DNA of 64,000 nt from Opitutales bacterium (GTDB lineage Bacteria; Verrucomicrobiota; Verrucomicrobiia; Opitutales; JABSRG01). The notes below the pieces were generated by a model. It worked only from the letters and a program-made list of their open reading frames with translations, searched no databases and was not told the DNA's origin. The translations under genes were made by a program, and so were the position numbers. Below are positions 1 through 8,284 of the stretch, in pieces. The stretch covers positions 32,001 to 96,000 of the forward strand of contig JBMYOQ010000008.1 in NCBI GenBank assembly GCA_049599475.1, given 5' to 3'. Positions within the stretch are counted from its first letter, which is position 1; every line of letters starts with the position of its first letter.

Positions 1-1
1 C

Positions 2-814
2 TTGGAGAAACTCCATGAATTTCCGGGCCTACATGACTACAAAGAATCTAATGTCCACGGACTATTCTCGAGGATACAGGCGAGGCTCAATGAATTCTCG
101 GACGAATACGGTTTTGATATCACGGGGACTCAGGCTTTCAAAGACTGGAGACTTCGAGCGAAATTGCGGGATTTGGATGCTGAGGAATCTGGTCTGACGC
201 AGCCTCCTTTTGTCCCAGAAGAAGAAAGCTCTATTGAGGATATCGGGCTGGATGAACCGGATGGGCGTGAGCTTATTGAGGCTGAAGAGGAAAATTCCAG
301 GGCACCTTTTGAAGGGATCACGAGTCCGATTTCTGAATTTCTCCAGGGACCCAACCCGAATTTGAAACGAGCTTTCGAGGCGCTTGCCAATTATTTCTTC
401 AGCATCAAACAAGTTGAAGAGGTGCTCATTTTTACAGCAGATCGCGAAGACCCCGACCAATGGTATGCACCGTGGGGGAAGGGAGTCCTATTTCGTGGCG
501 TGGGTAATCGTCCTATTGTGAAAACCTCGCAGCGCGACTTGATGGGCTTGGTGCTGCAAAGTGGGCGAGATCTCTTTGTACTCGATGCGGATGTTTCTAA
601 AGTGCAGCCCCTGATTCCTCGTTGGATGCAGATCCCATATCGTGTGAAATCATTGGGTATCTGGCCCATCCGCAAAGGCGACGAAATCTATGCGGTTTTG
701 CTAATGGCTCACATTGGCGAAGGCTACATGAACTTTGGGGAGCATGATATTCGGATTGTTCATCGCTTGCGGGAAGAATTAGAAAGAGCGCTTTCCGAGA
801 AGGTTCTGCACTAA
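2..814 (+). CDS. 5'-truncated signalling protein with C-terminal GAF-like domain
   Basis: ORF runs from the window edge. The C-terminus has a GAF-like pattern (LMGLVLQSGRDLFVLDA...SLGIWPIRKGDEIYAVLLMA...FGEHDIRIVHRLREELERAL). Confidence 0.5.
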   Translation: MEKLHEFPGLHDYKESNVHGLFSRIQARLNEFSDEYGFDITGTQAFKDWRLRAKLRDLDAEESGLTQPPFVPEEESSIEDIGLDEPDGRELIEAEEENSRAPFEGITSPISEFLQGPNPNLKRAFEALANYFFSIKQVEEVLIFTADREDPDQWYAPWGKGVLFRGVGNRPIVKTSQRDLMGLVLQSGRDLFVLDADVSKVQPLIPRWMQIPYRVKSLGIWPIRKGDEIYAVLLMAHIGEGYMNFGEHDIRIVHRLREELERALSEKVLH

Positions 815-911
815 TAATGGATCGATCGTATAAAACTTTACTCTATTTTTCCGTAAAACCTTGAAGGTCTTTACAAGATCTTTTCTATAACGACACCCCT
901 TTGCTAGCGGC

Positions 912-2087
912 ATGGCTCTTCTTACCTCTTCAGCTTCCAATTCTTCTAATTCTCGTAATACATCTTCGGGCGGGAAGAAAAAGGTCTCGTTCGCTGAGTC
1001 TCAGCGCCTAGCGAAGCTTAAGGCTTATGAAAAGCAGGCCAAGAAGAAGAAGATTAAGCTGGAGGATCTCGCGATATTTACAGAACAGCTCGCTTCGATG
1101 CTTGAGGCTGGCTTGCCTTTGGTAAGTGCTTTGGAAGCACTTCAAGATCAAACGGATGATCCTGTGTTCGCGATTATTATTCGAGACGTTCGCTTGGACG
1201 TATCATCGGGTACTGCTTTCTCCGAAGCATGTGCTAAATTCCCAAAGGCCTTTCCAAACTTGTTTTTATCGATGTCAGAGGCTGGTGAAGCCAGTGGTGG
1301 TCTAGCCGAAATTTTGGCAAAAACTGCGATCTATTTCAACGATTCGGTAAAGTTAGCCAAACAGGTTAAAAGTGCGATGACTTACCCGACTGCGGTTATT
1401 ACACTAGCGATTGGCCTGGTAACCGTACTTTTGGTGAAGGTGATTCCTGTCTTTGCTGAAATGTTCCAAGGGTTTGGTGCAGAGCTCCCGAAGCCCACGC
1501 AGTTCGTCATCGATCTCAGTGATTTCTTAGGCTCCTATATTTTGTACATTTTAGGAGGCATGTTCCTCTTTTACGTTTTTATCTCGAAGTTCTTCGCTAC
1601 CCCAAAGGGGCGCGTGATCCGGGACAACTTAGTGATGCGGATACCGGTGCTTGGAGAGTTAAATCGTAAGATTAACCTGTCTCGCTTCTGTCGAACATAT
1701 TCCATTCTGCTCCGGTCTGGGGTGCCTATTTTACGGTCCCTGGAAATCGTTTCGCGTGCGTCGAATAATGTCTTTGTAGAAGATGCCTGTACGCAGATTT
1801 CGCGTAACATTAGCCAGGGTGGTCAAGTATCGGAAACGATCGCGGCAATCCCATATTTTCCTCCGATGCTCAAACACATGAGTAAGGCTGGAGAACAGAC
1901 GGGTAATATTGACGGTATGATGAACAAGGTGTCCGACTTTTACGATAATGAGATTGAGACCCTCGTAGGGGCTCTCACATCGTTGATGGAACCCCTGCTT
2001 ATCGTCTTCTTGGGTGTCGTGATCGGTGGTATCGTGATGGCGATGTTCATGCCTATCTTCGAACTCTCATCCGTTGTCGGTGGATAA
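912..2087 (+). CDS. pilC: Type IV pilus / T2SS inner-membrane platform protein (PilC/GspF family)
   Basis: Motifs FTEQLASMLEAGLPL, AGEASGGL, KSAMTYP, GEQTGNIDGMM and SLMEPLLIVFLG...MFMPIF. Confidence 0.95.
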   Translation: MALLTSSASNSSNSRNTSSGGKKKVSFAESQRLAKLKAYEKQAKKKKIKLEDLAIFTEQLASMLEAGLPLVSALEALQDQTDDPVFAIIIRDVRLDVSSGTAFSEACAKFPKAFPNLFLSMSEAGEASGGLAEILAKTAIYFNDSVKLAKQVKSAMTYPTAVITLAIGLVTVLLVKVIPVFAEMFQGFGAELPKPTQFVIDLSDFLGSYILYILGGMFLFYVFISKFFATPKGRVIRDNLVMRIPVLGELNRKINLSRFCRTYSILLRSGVPILRSLEIVSRASNNVFVEDACTQISRNISQGGQVSETIAAIPYFPPMLKHMSKAGEQTGNIDGMMNKVSDFYDNEIETLVGALTSLMEPLLIVFLGVVIGGIVMAMFMPIFELSSVVGG

Positions 2088-2148
2088 GGGCCTTCGGATC
2101 ATCGACTTGAAACGGAGCGGGTGCGCGCCGTTCTGGATTTTCTAGGAC

Positions 2149-2676
2149 TTAAGCATCCAAGATCTGTATACGCTTCATGTCGTCCAGTAGGCCTTGTAGG
2201 CGTTTGAGCATAGCTGGATTGAGTGTATCTGAATCTTCTTCCCAGTCACTCGGTGCGGCATACACAAAACGCGGAACGATGACCGAACGAAAATCAAGCA
2301 TCAGGTGATTCGCTAGCCCCATGATGGACATGTAGCTATTGTGGCCACCCGCGGCACATAGGAAGCTGACCACTTTACCAGAGAATTTTTTTCCGATTAG
2401 CTCGATCACATTTTTGGCGACAGCGTTTGCGCTGTAACAGTAAATAGGTGTGGCAATTACGACATGAGACGCACGTTCCACAGATTCCGCGAGTTTCGCT
2501 GCGTTGGCATCGTCCCAGCCCTCATCGCTTCCGGCAAACGGGAGGGGTAATTCGCGCAAATCAACCAACTCGTGGGAAATGCCTTCGTCGCTGAGGTGCT
2601 CTGTAAACAGTCCTGCCAGGCGTTGAGATTTGGATTCGGAATTTAGGCTAGTTGCAATGACGGTGACGTGTTTCAT
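2149..2676 (-). CDS. NADPH-dependent FMN reductase
   Basis: Flavodoxin-like motifs TSLNSESKS, ELVDLRELPLP and IATPIYCYS..AVAKNVIE. Confidence 0.85.
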   Translation of the reverse strand: MKHVTVIATSLNSESKSQRLAGLFTEHLSDEGISHELVDLRELPLPFAGSDEGWDDANAAKLAESVERASHVVIATPIYCYSANAVAKNVIELIGKKFSGKVVSFLCAAGGHNSYMSIMGLANHLMLDFRSVIVPRFVYAAPSDWEEDSDTLNPAMLKRLQGLLDDMKRIQILDA

Positions 2677-2806
2677 GAAATAATTCTCATACTTTGTTTA
2701 CAATTTAGTGTTTCTGCATAAACATTGAATCCCCCGACGAGCTATCGGCAAATGGAATATGCTGATTCTCGCGGTTCTTACTCGGCTGTCACAGAAGATC
2801 TCATAC

Positions 2807-3811
2807 ATGCCTTACTCACCTGACCCGGAACTAGCCTCCTTTATCCAGTCGATTCCTAAGACCGAAACGCATTTGCATGTCGAAGGCTCGATGCCTTGGC
2901 AATTGCTCCAAGAAATCGATCCCGAGCTATACACCGAGCCGCCTCCGGGATGGGCAGACGATTTTAAGTATAAGTCTTTTAGGGAATTTGAGGACTATAT
3001 CATTGAGCACACAGGTAAATGGTTCACGAGTGCCGAGCGTTACCACAAGGCGGCGAAGGGTATTTTCCAGCATTGTGCTGATTCGAACGTGAAATACGTG
3101 GAGACCTCATTCCATTCTGGAATTGTTGCATGGGCGGGAATCCCAGGACGTGAGATTGTGGATGCTATTTTGGAAGCAGTGCCTGAAGGAATCGAGGCTC
3201 ATGTCTACATGGGGATGCTTCGCCTCGATCAGACGCCTGAGGTTGTCCAAGTATTGGAAGATGCGCTCTCCTGGGAACGCCTCAAGGGAATCGATTTACA
3301 TGGTCCGGAAGAACCCCCAATTCAAGATTGGACGCCTAAGTATTTTGAGCGTGCAGCAGGTCTCGGTAAGAGATTGAAAGCGCATGCCGGAGAGTTTGGG
3401 CCTTCGGAATGGGTAACGGATGCCCTGGACAAACTGAAAGTAAAGCGTATCCAGCATGGGGTGCGGTCCATTGAAGATCCGGCAGTAGTCCAGCGCTTGG
3501 TAGAGGAGAATATCACTTTGGATGTATGTCCTATCAGTAACATCAAGCTCGATGTCTTTGATAAAATGAGCGATCATCCCATAAGAAAGCTTTCACAGGC
3601 TGGAGTGAGCTGTACATTGAATACGGATGATCCATTTATTTTTGGTAACTCTCTCAACGAGGAGTATGCAGCGGTCGCAATGGAGCTAGGTTGCACTCAT
3701 AAAGAGCTCATTCAGTTTGCTCGAAATGGCTGGGACTTGGCTGAATGCAGCCCTGCAATGAAGTCCGAGAATATGGCTGAGTTGGATCGCTTAGAAGCAG
3801 GTCTCTCCTAG
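2807..3811 (+). CDS. Adenosine/adenine deaminase family protein
   Basis: PKTETHLHVEG, AHAGE, RIQHG, VCPISN and NTDDP metal/catalytic motifs. ATG at 2807 preferred over 2759. Confidence 0.92.
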   Translation: MPYSPDPELASFIQSIPKTETHLHVEGSMPWQLLQEIDPELYTEPPPGWADDFKYKSFREFEDYIIEHTGKWFTSAERYHKAAKGIFQHCADSNVKYVETSFHSGIVAWAGIPGREIVDAILEAVPEGIEAHVYMGMLRLDQTPEVVQVLEDALSWERLKGIDLHGPEEPPIQDWTPKYFERAAGLGKRLKAHAGEFGPSEWVTDALDKLKVKRIQHGVRSIEDPAVVQRLVEENITLDVCPISNIKLDVFDKMSDHPIRKLSQAGVSCTLNTDDPFIFGNSLNEEYAAVAMELGCTHKELIQFARNGWDLAECSPAMKSENMAELDRLEAGLS

Positions 3812-5652
3812 GCGGAAATCGTATCTCTGCGTTTGGGCTTAAGATATCTAGAAAGCTGTATCTTAAGCTCTTCTAACTGGAGAGGTTTTGTCAGAAAGGC
3901 ATCGACCCCGGCGAGCAAGGCATGCTGGCGATCCTCGGTAAATGCGTTTGCGGTAAGGAACACGACGGGTGTTTCAGCAATTTCCGGCGTTTCTCGAATC
4001 ATCCGGGTAGCCGTGAGGCCGTCCATGACTGGCATTTGCATATCCATAAGAACCAGGTCTGGTTTCAGCTCTATTGTCCGCTCTACGCCTTCTTCCCCAT
4101 TGTTGGCTAGGTGAATTTTTAGACCCAATTTCTCGAATACGACTGATATGAGCTTTTGATTTAGAATCCCGTCTTCGACAACTAAGACTACGCTGTCGGG
4201 GTCTAGTTCAAGGTCGAGTTCGGCGCTCATAGCTCGTTTGATTTCATCGATTTCGGGCTCAGAAATTTCAGTAGAAGGGAGAATAAGGGTGAATGTAGAG
4301 CCAAACCCAATTGCGCTTTGCACTGTGATGTCGCCCCCCATCAGCTTCGCTAGTTCTTTGGAAATTGCTAAACCTAAGCCAGTCCCACCAAATCTGCGGG
4401 TGGTATCGCTTTCGGCCTGTTCAAAGGCATTGAAAATGGACCATAGCTTATCATTCGGGATACCTATACCTTCGTCTTCAATAGCAATGTAGAATTGGTC
4501 ACCTCTTACACTTGCTCTAATGCGAATAGAGGTATCTGGTTCCGTAAACTTGAGCGCATTACCAACCAGGTTTGTGAGAATTTGATTGAGCCGCGTTGAG
4601 TCTGTTTTCTGATACCGCGGAAAATCGGGGTCGATGATTAGCTCGATTTGTTTTCCCTTTTGCTTAGCTGTGGCTGAGTAGACGTTGTGGAACTCTTCGA
4701 GTTGCTTAATGATATCGATAGGTCGTGTTTCGATGTCCAGTTTCTGTGACTCGATTTTCGACCAATCCAAGACGCTTTCGATCAGGCTCGAGAGTTGTTC
4801 ACCGGCCCCTTTGATATTTTGAAGATACTCTTCTATGATCACTGGGGAGTTCGTGTTTTTGGGGTCGGTCGCTAGCTTTGAAAAGCCCAGCATCGCATTC
4901 AAGGGGGTACGTATCTCGTGGCTCATGGATGCAAGAAAACGCGATTTGGCCTGGGCGTTCCGCTTTGCCAATTGTCCTTGAATTTCGGCGTCTCTCCGCG
5001 CGTTCATTGAAATGTATAGCACGATAGCGAGAACAATGATGGTGCCAGCTAAAACAATTGTGGTTGTGCCAACCGCGTGACGTGATTTTGCGAGTTGTTC
5101 TAGGGCTTGTTCACGTTTCTCACCCACATAACGGTGATACTGTTGATTCGTCTTGAGGGCGAAGGCTGCAGTGTCTTCAAGGATGCGGGTCACTTTTTCG
5201 ATGATCTCCTCAGTTGCCGATTCATCGCCGTCTTCTGCGGCAAGGATAATTGGCTGGAGTTCATTCAGCTGCTCAGAGATTTTCCATAGTTCGTCAGTCG
5301 AATCCAGCGCTACGGCGAGTTCTTGGTAGGAGTCTCCCTGTTTTAGGAGATCGACGCGGCTGAGAGCCACCTCGTAGCGCAGGCCTAGGTCTGAATAAAA
5401 AGGTGGGTCCTTAACTTCTGAAAGTGCAGTAATCTTTAACTTGGCAATTTCACTGTGAAGTTGGTGGACATTCCAAGATACGTTTTCTCGCGCTTCTCTG
5501 GAATCGTCGATGTGAACGCTAAGATTTTGTAGGATAGGGTGGATGTAACCTGTGTATGCGGCAGTCGTGGCTGCGATAACGGCCGTTAGGTAAATTAAAA
5601 AAACGAATTTTGCTCTAAAATCCTTCCGTTTCTTACTACCTGCGGGGGTCAT
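3808..5652 (-). CDS. Membrane hybrid sensor histidine kinase (periplasmic sensor, HisKA, HATPase, REC)
   Basis: Two TM segments, H-box FLASMSHEIRTPLN, NLVGNALKFT, DEGIG, GGTGLGL and a C-terminal receiver (LVLMDMQMP...FLTKP). Confidence 0.95.
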   Translation of the reverse strand: MTPAGSKKRKDFRAKFVFLIYLTAVIAATTAAYTGYIHPILQNLSVHIDDSREARENVSWNVHQLHSEIAKLKITALSEVKDPPFYSDLGLRYEVALSRVDLLKQGDSYQELAVALDSTDELWKISEQLNELQPIILAAEDGDESATEEIIEKVTRILEDTAAFALKTNQQYHRYVGEKREQALEQLAKSRHAVGTTTIVLAGTIIVLAIVLYISMNARRDAEIQGQLAKRNAQAKSRFLASMSHEIRTPLNAMLGFSKLATDPKNTNSPVIIEEYLQNIKGAGEQLSSLIESVLDWSKIESQKLDIETRPIDIIKQLEEFHNVYSATAKQKGKQIELIIDPDFPRYQKTDSTRLNQILTNLVGNALKFTEPDTSIRIRASVRGDQFYIAIEDEGIGIPNDKLWSIFNAFEQAESDTTRRFGGTGLGLAISKELAKLMGGDITVQSAIGFGSTFTLILPSTEISEPEIDEIKRAMSAELDLELDPDSVVLVVEDGILNQKLISVVFEKLGLKIHLANNGEEGVERTIELKPDLVLMDMQMPVMDGLTATRMIRETPEIAETPVVFLTANAFTEDRQHALLAGVDAFLTKPLQLEELKIQLSRYLKPKRRDTISA

Positions 5653-5655
5653 CCT

Positions 5656-6177
5656 CTACTCGATGGTAAGTGTCTTTACCTGCCAGACTGACCGAGAATA
5701 GTAGAGCTCCTTGCGTAGAGTCGGGTCGGTACTAAGTGGGTATGTTATAAAGATGGGGCCCATCTCTCTGACAGGCATGGGTTTGTCGACAAGGTCTATG
5801 GCCAAGACTATCGGGAATTTGTAAGCGTCGGAGACTGGAATAGATGTGTGATAATCGTTGTAAGCGACGGCTTTGATATTGTCTCCCTTCGCTTTCAGAA
5901 AATGTAAAACGTCGCGGAGTAAAGGGCCTGATTGGACGCGCTCGCGGTCGAACCATGGTTTCTTAATCTCAACTGTGTGCTGAGGGAATGTCTTGAGCTG
6001 CTCATAGCTCATGTAGGCGGTCTTGCCGTCGGAAGTGATTTCGATGTCCCCCGAGACTTGTAGAATTGGGCGAGTGTCGGGTCTCGGGATGCGCCCGGTT
6101 TCGGGGTCTAGTGTCGGTTGAGCGCACAACGACCCCAGAAACATCATGAACATTAACGGGAAAATATAGGTCTTCAT
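5656..6177 (-). CDS. Exported SUOX/molybdopterin-oxidoreductase-fold protein, PruR-like putative pterin-binding protein
   Basis: Signal peptide (LGSLCA|Q) and motifs PW..GPLLRDVL, A.NDY...IP, M.VREMGP...YP and RSVWQV. Lies 3 nt upstream of the kinase. Confidence 0.75.
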   Translation of the reverse strand: MKTYIFPLMFMMFLGSLCAQPTLDPETGRIPRPDTRPILQVSGDIEITSDGKTAYMSYEQLKTFPQHTVEIKKPWFDRERVQSGPLLRDVLHFLKAKGDNIKAVAYNDYHTSIPVSDAYKFPIVLAIDLVDKPMPVREMGPIFITYPLSTDPTLRKELYYSRSVWQVKTLTIE

Positions 6178-6503
6178 CGAAAGCTAAATACTCACAGGTA
6201 TGATGAGGGGTAGTCCGCCCATAGAATTCGTCCGTGGCTGCTTCAAATTTAAGTATTTTGCGCTTTCGAGACTGCTTTGATATCGCTCAGCGGAACATCG
6301 ATTCAATGGCTACGCTAGGCACGTGCTGGAAAAGTGTCCCCTTTGCGCGAGTATTTATCTCGCTGAAGCCTAAGATGCATAGAGTCCAAAGAGTTACTTA
6401 GAAAGATTCCTGCTCCCAATGAAGTGGCCTTTCCTTTATTTTCCTCGACCCCCTATGCTGTCAGAACGAGTCCTAAATGAAAGTCGATTCATTTCTCTGA
6501 CTC

Positions 6504-7292
6504 TCACGCTGTGCTGGGTTTAAGGCTCCAACAGACATGTCCTTCGGCATCCCAATTCAAAACCCATTTTGAGTCGAAAAGCCGTGCCATGGCTGTGACC
6601 TCTACCCAGCATTGAGCGGTCGGGTGCCAGTGCTTGTCCGAATCATTGAGGAGGGCATGGCGTAATTGTGGGGATTGTATCCCTAGGAGGCGTTCAGGAA
6701 CCTCTAGCTTACTGGAATATATGGACACGCCGTAAGGGTAGTGGCCTGCAGACACTTCGATATGGAAGGGCACGTCGAAAGGGCTTACACGATGGAGGTC
6801 CCTTAAAATGCAGAGAATGGAGTGACGCAGCATGCTGGCATCCCATTGCGGTGAAGGATTAACTGAATTTTCATTGAGGATCACAATATTCCGATAGCCC
6901 AGGAGCCGTTGATCTTTCACATACTCGACCAGTCCACCTACCAACTCCGATATCGGGCATGGCGCAATGATGGGCGACGAGAGGTGATTCAGGCATTCGC
7001 GAAACGAAGCGAGGCGATCGATCAAGTCCTTCGCTTTGCGGGCTTCATCCTGCAGACTGTTAATGATCTTCGGGCTAGGAGGGGTTTTGTTATTGGGCGC
7101 TCGATTTTGCTCCAGATCTAAGAACATGCGCATAGATGCCACAGGGCTGCTTAAATCGTGAGCTATATGCCCAAGAAGAGTGCCCCAGTCTTCTACCTGG
7201 TTAAGGATTGAAGACAATCTGTGGAAAGTCTCCTCATTGGGGTCGTTCTCGGATGGATCTCTCATAGATGTGTAACTGGACGGTGCGTCCAA
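6504..7292 (-). CDS. HisKA-containing degenerate histidine kinase / possible phosphotransferase
   Basis: H-box IAHDLSSPVASM is present. No recognisable N, G1 or G2 ATP-binding boxes. Confidence 0.6.
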   Translation of the reverse strand: MDAPSSYTSMRDPSENDPNEETFHRLSSILNQVEDWGTLLGHIAHDLSSPVASMRMFLDLEQNRAPNNKTPPSPKIINSLQDEARKAKDLIDRLASFRECLNHLSSPIIAPCPISELVGGLVEYVKDQRLLGYRNIVILNENSVNPSPQWDASMLRHSILCILRDLHRVSPFDVPFHIEVSAGHYPYGVSIYSSKLEVPERLLGIQSPQLRHALLNDSDKHWHPTAQCWVEVTAMARLFDSKWVLNWDAEGHVCWSLKPSTA

Positions 7293-7389
7293 TTGCGTCT
7301 CGTGTTTGACTGCAAAGGACTCACAGTTAATTCGTCATTATCATCTCATAAATGAGCCAACACCTTCGATGATCTTCATTTTCAAGCCT

Positions 7390-8283
7390 ATGCGACGCAC
7401 AATTCTTCTTTTCGGCCTCTTTTTAACCGGTATTCTCACCGCAGACGACACCCCTCGCACGGCCATTATCGCGGCATTCCCGGGAGAAATGGAAAGTATC
7501 CGGCGGGTTTTGGAAGGTGAGACCGTCATGAAGACCGTTACGATAAACGGCGTAGACTTCGAGCTTGGGGAAGTGTACGGGCAGCCTGTGGTCTTTTTCA
7601 TGACCCGTGTGAGTATGACAAATGCAGCCATGCACACTCAGCTGCTCTTATCAAATTTCAATATCGAGCGCATCCTGTTCTCCGGAATTGCTGGAGGGAT
7701 CGATCCTGCGATGAAGAAAGGCGATGTGTCCGTTCCGAAGGATTGGATCCATTATATGAAGGGCTCATTTTATAACCCCCATCCCGAGGAGGAGGGCGCC
7801 TTCGTGGTCCCGTCCTGGCGTGAGAAACCCGAGTTTTCAAATTTTGGAATGATGCACCCCGCGCGTGTCCAAGCATTGCGTGACGGCGTGGAGGAGCCTG
7901 AAAGCAAAATAAAATTCCCGGCAGACCCTGAGCTGTTGAAGCTAGCCGAGAGCGCCTTGAAGGATCACGAAATTGTCAATGCGACGGGAAAAGAGGCACT
8001 GATTCGCTTTGGTGGAGTGGGTGTCTCGGGGCCAATTTTCATGGATAACCGTGAATATCGAGAATACCTCTTTGAGACTTGGGATACAGAAGTACTGGAC
8101 ATGGAATCAACGGCGATAGCCCACGTCGCTTGGTCCAATGGTGTACCGTGCCTGATTGTCCGCTCGATCAGTGATTTGGCCGGGGGCCAAGAAGGGCATA
8201 ATGAGATTTACGAATTCGCTGGTCTGGCTCAGGACAACGCTGCGAAGGTTCTGGATGCTGTCCTGAAAGCCCTCGCGAAGTAA
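7390..8283 (+). CDS. 5'-methylthioadenosine/S-adenosylhomocysteine nucleosidase with signal peptide
   Basis: AIIAAFPGEM, ILFSGIAGG, LDMESTAIAHVA and IVRSISDLAG. The ATG at 7390 gives MRRTILLFGLFLTGILTA. Confidence 0.88.
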   Translation: MRRTILLFGLFLTGILTADDTPRTAIIAAFPGEMESIRRVLEGETVMKTVTINGVDFELGEVYGQPVVFFMTRVSMTNAAMHTQLLLSNFNIERILFSGIAGGIDPAMKKGDVSVPKDWIHYMKGSFYNPHPEEEGAFVVPSWREKPEFSNFGMMHPARVQALRDGVEEPESKIKFPADPELLKLAESALKDHEIVNATGKEALIRFGGVGVSGPIFMDNREYREYLFETWDTEVLDMESTAIAHVAWSNGVPCLIVRSISDLAGGQEGHNEIYEFAGLAQDNAAKVLDAVLKALAK

Positions 8284-8284
8284 G

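Noticed and set aside
6178..6503. Possible c-di-GMP-I riboswitch (CGCAAAG on the minus strand) upstream of the PruR-like gene
   Set aside because: Lacks the GGCAAAC/GAAA-tetraloop P2 architecture.
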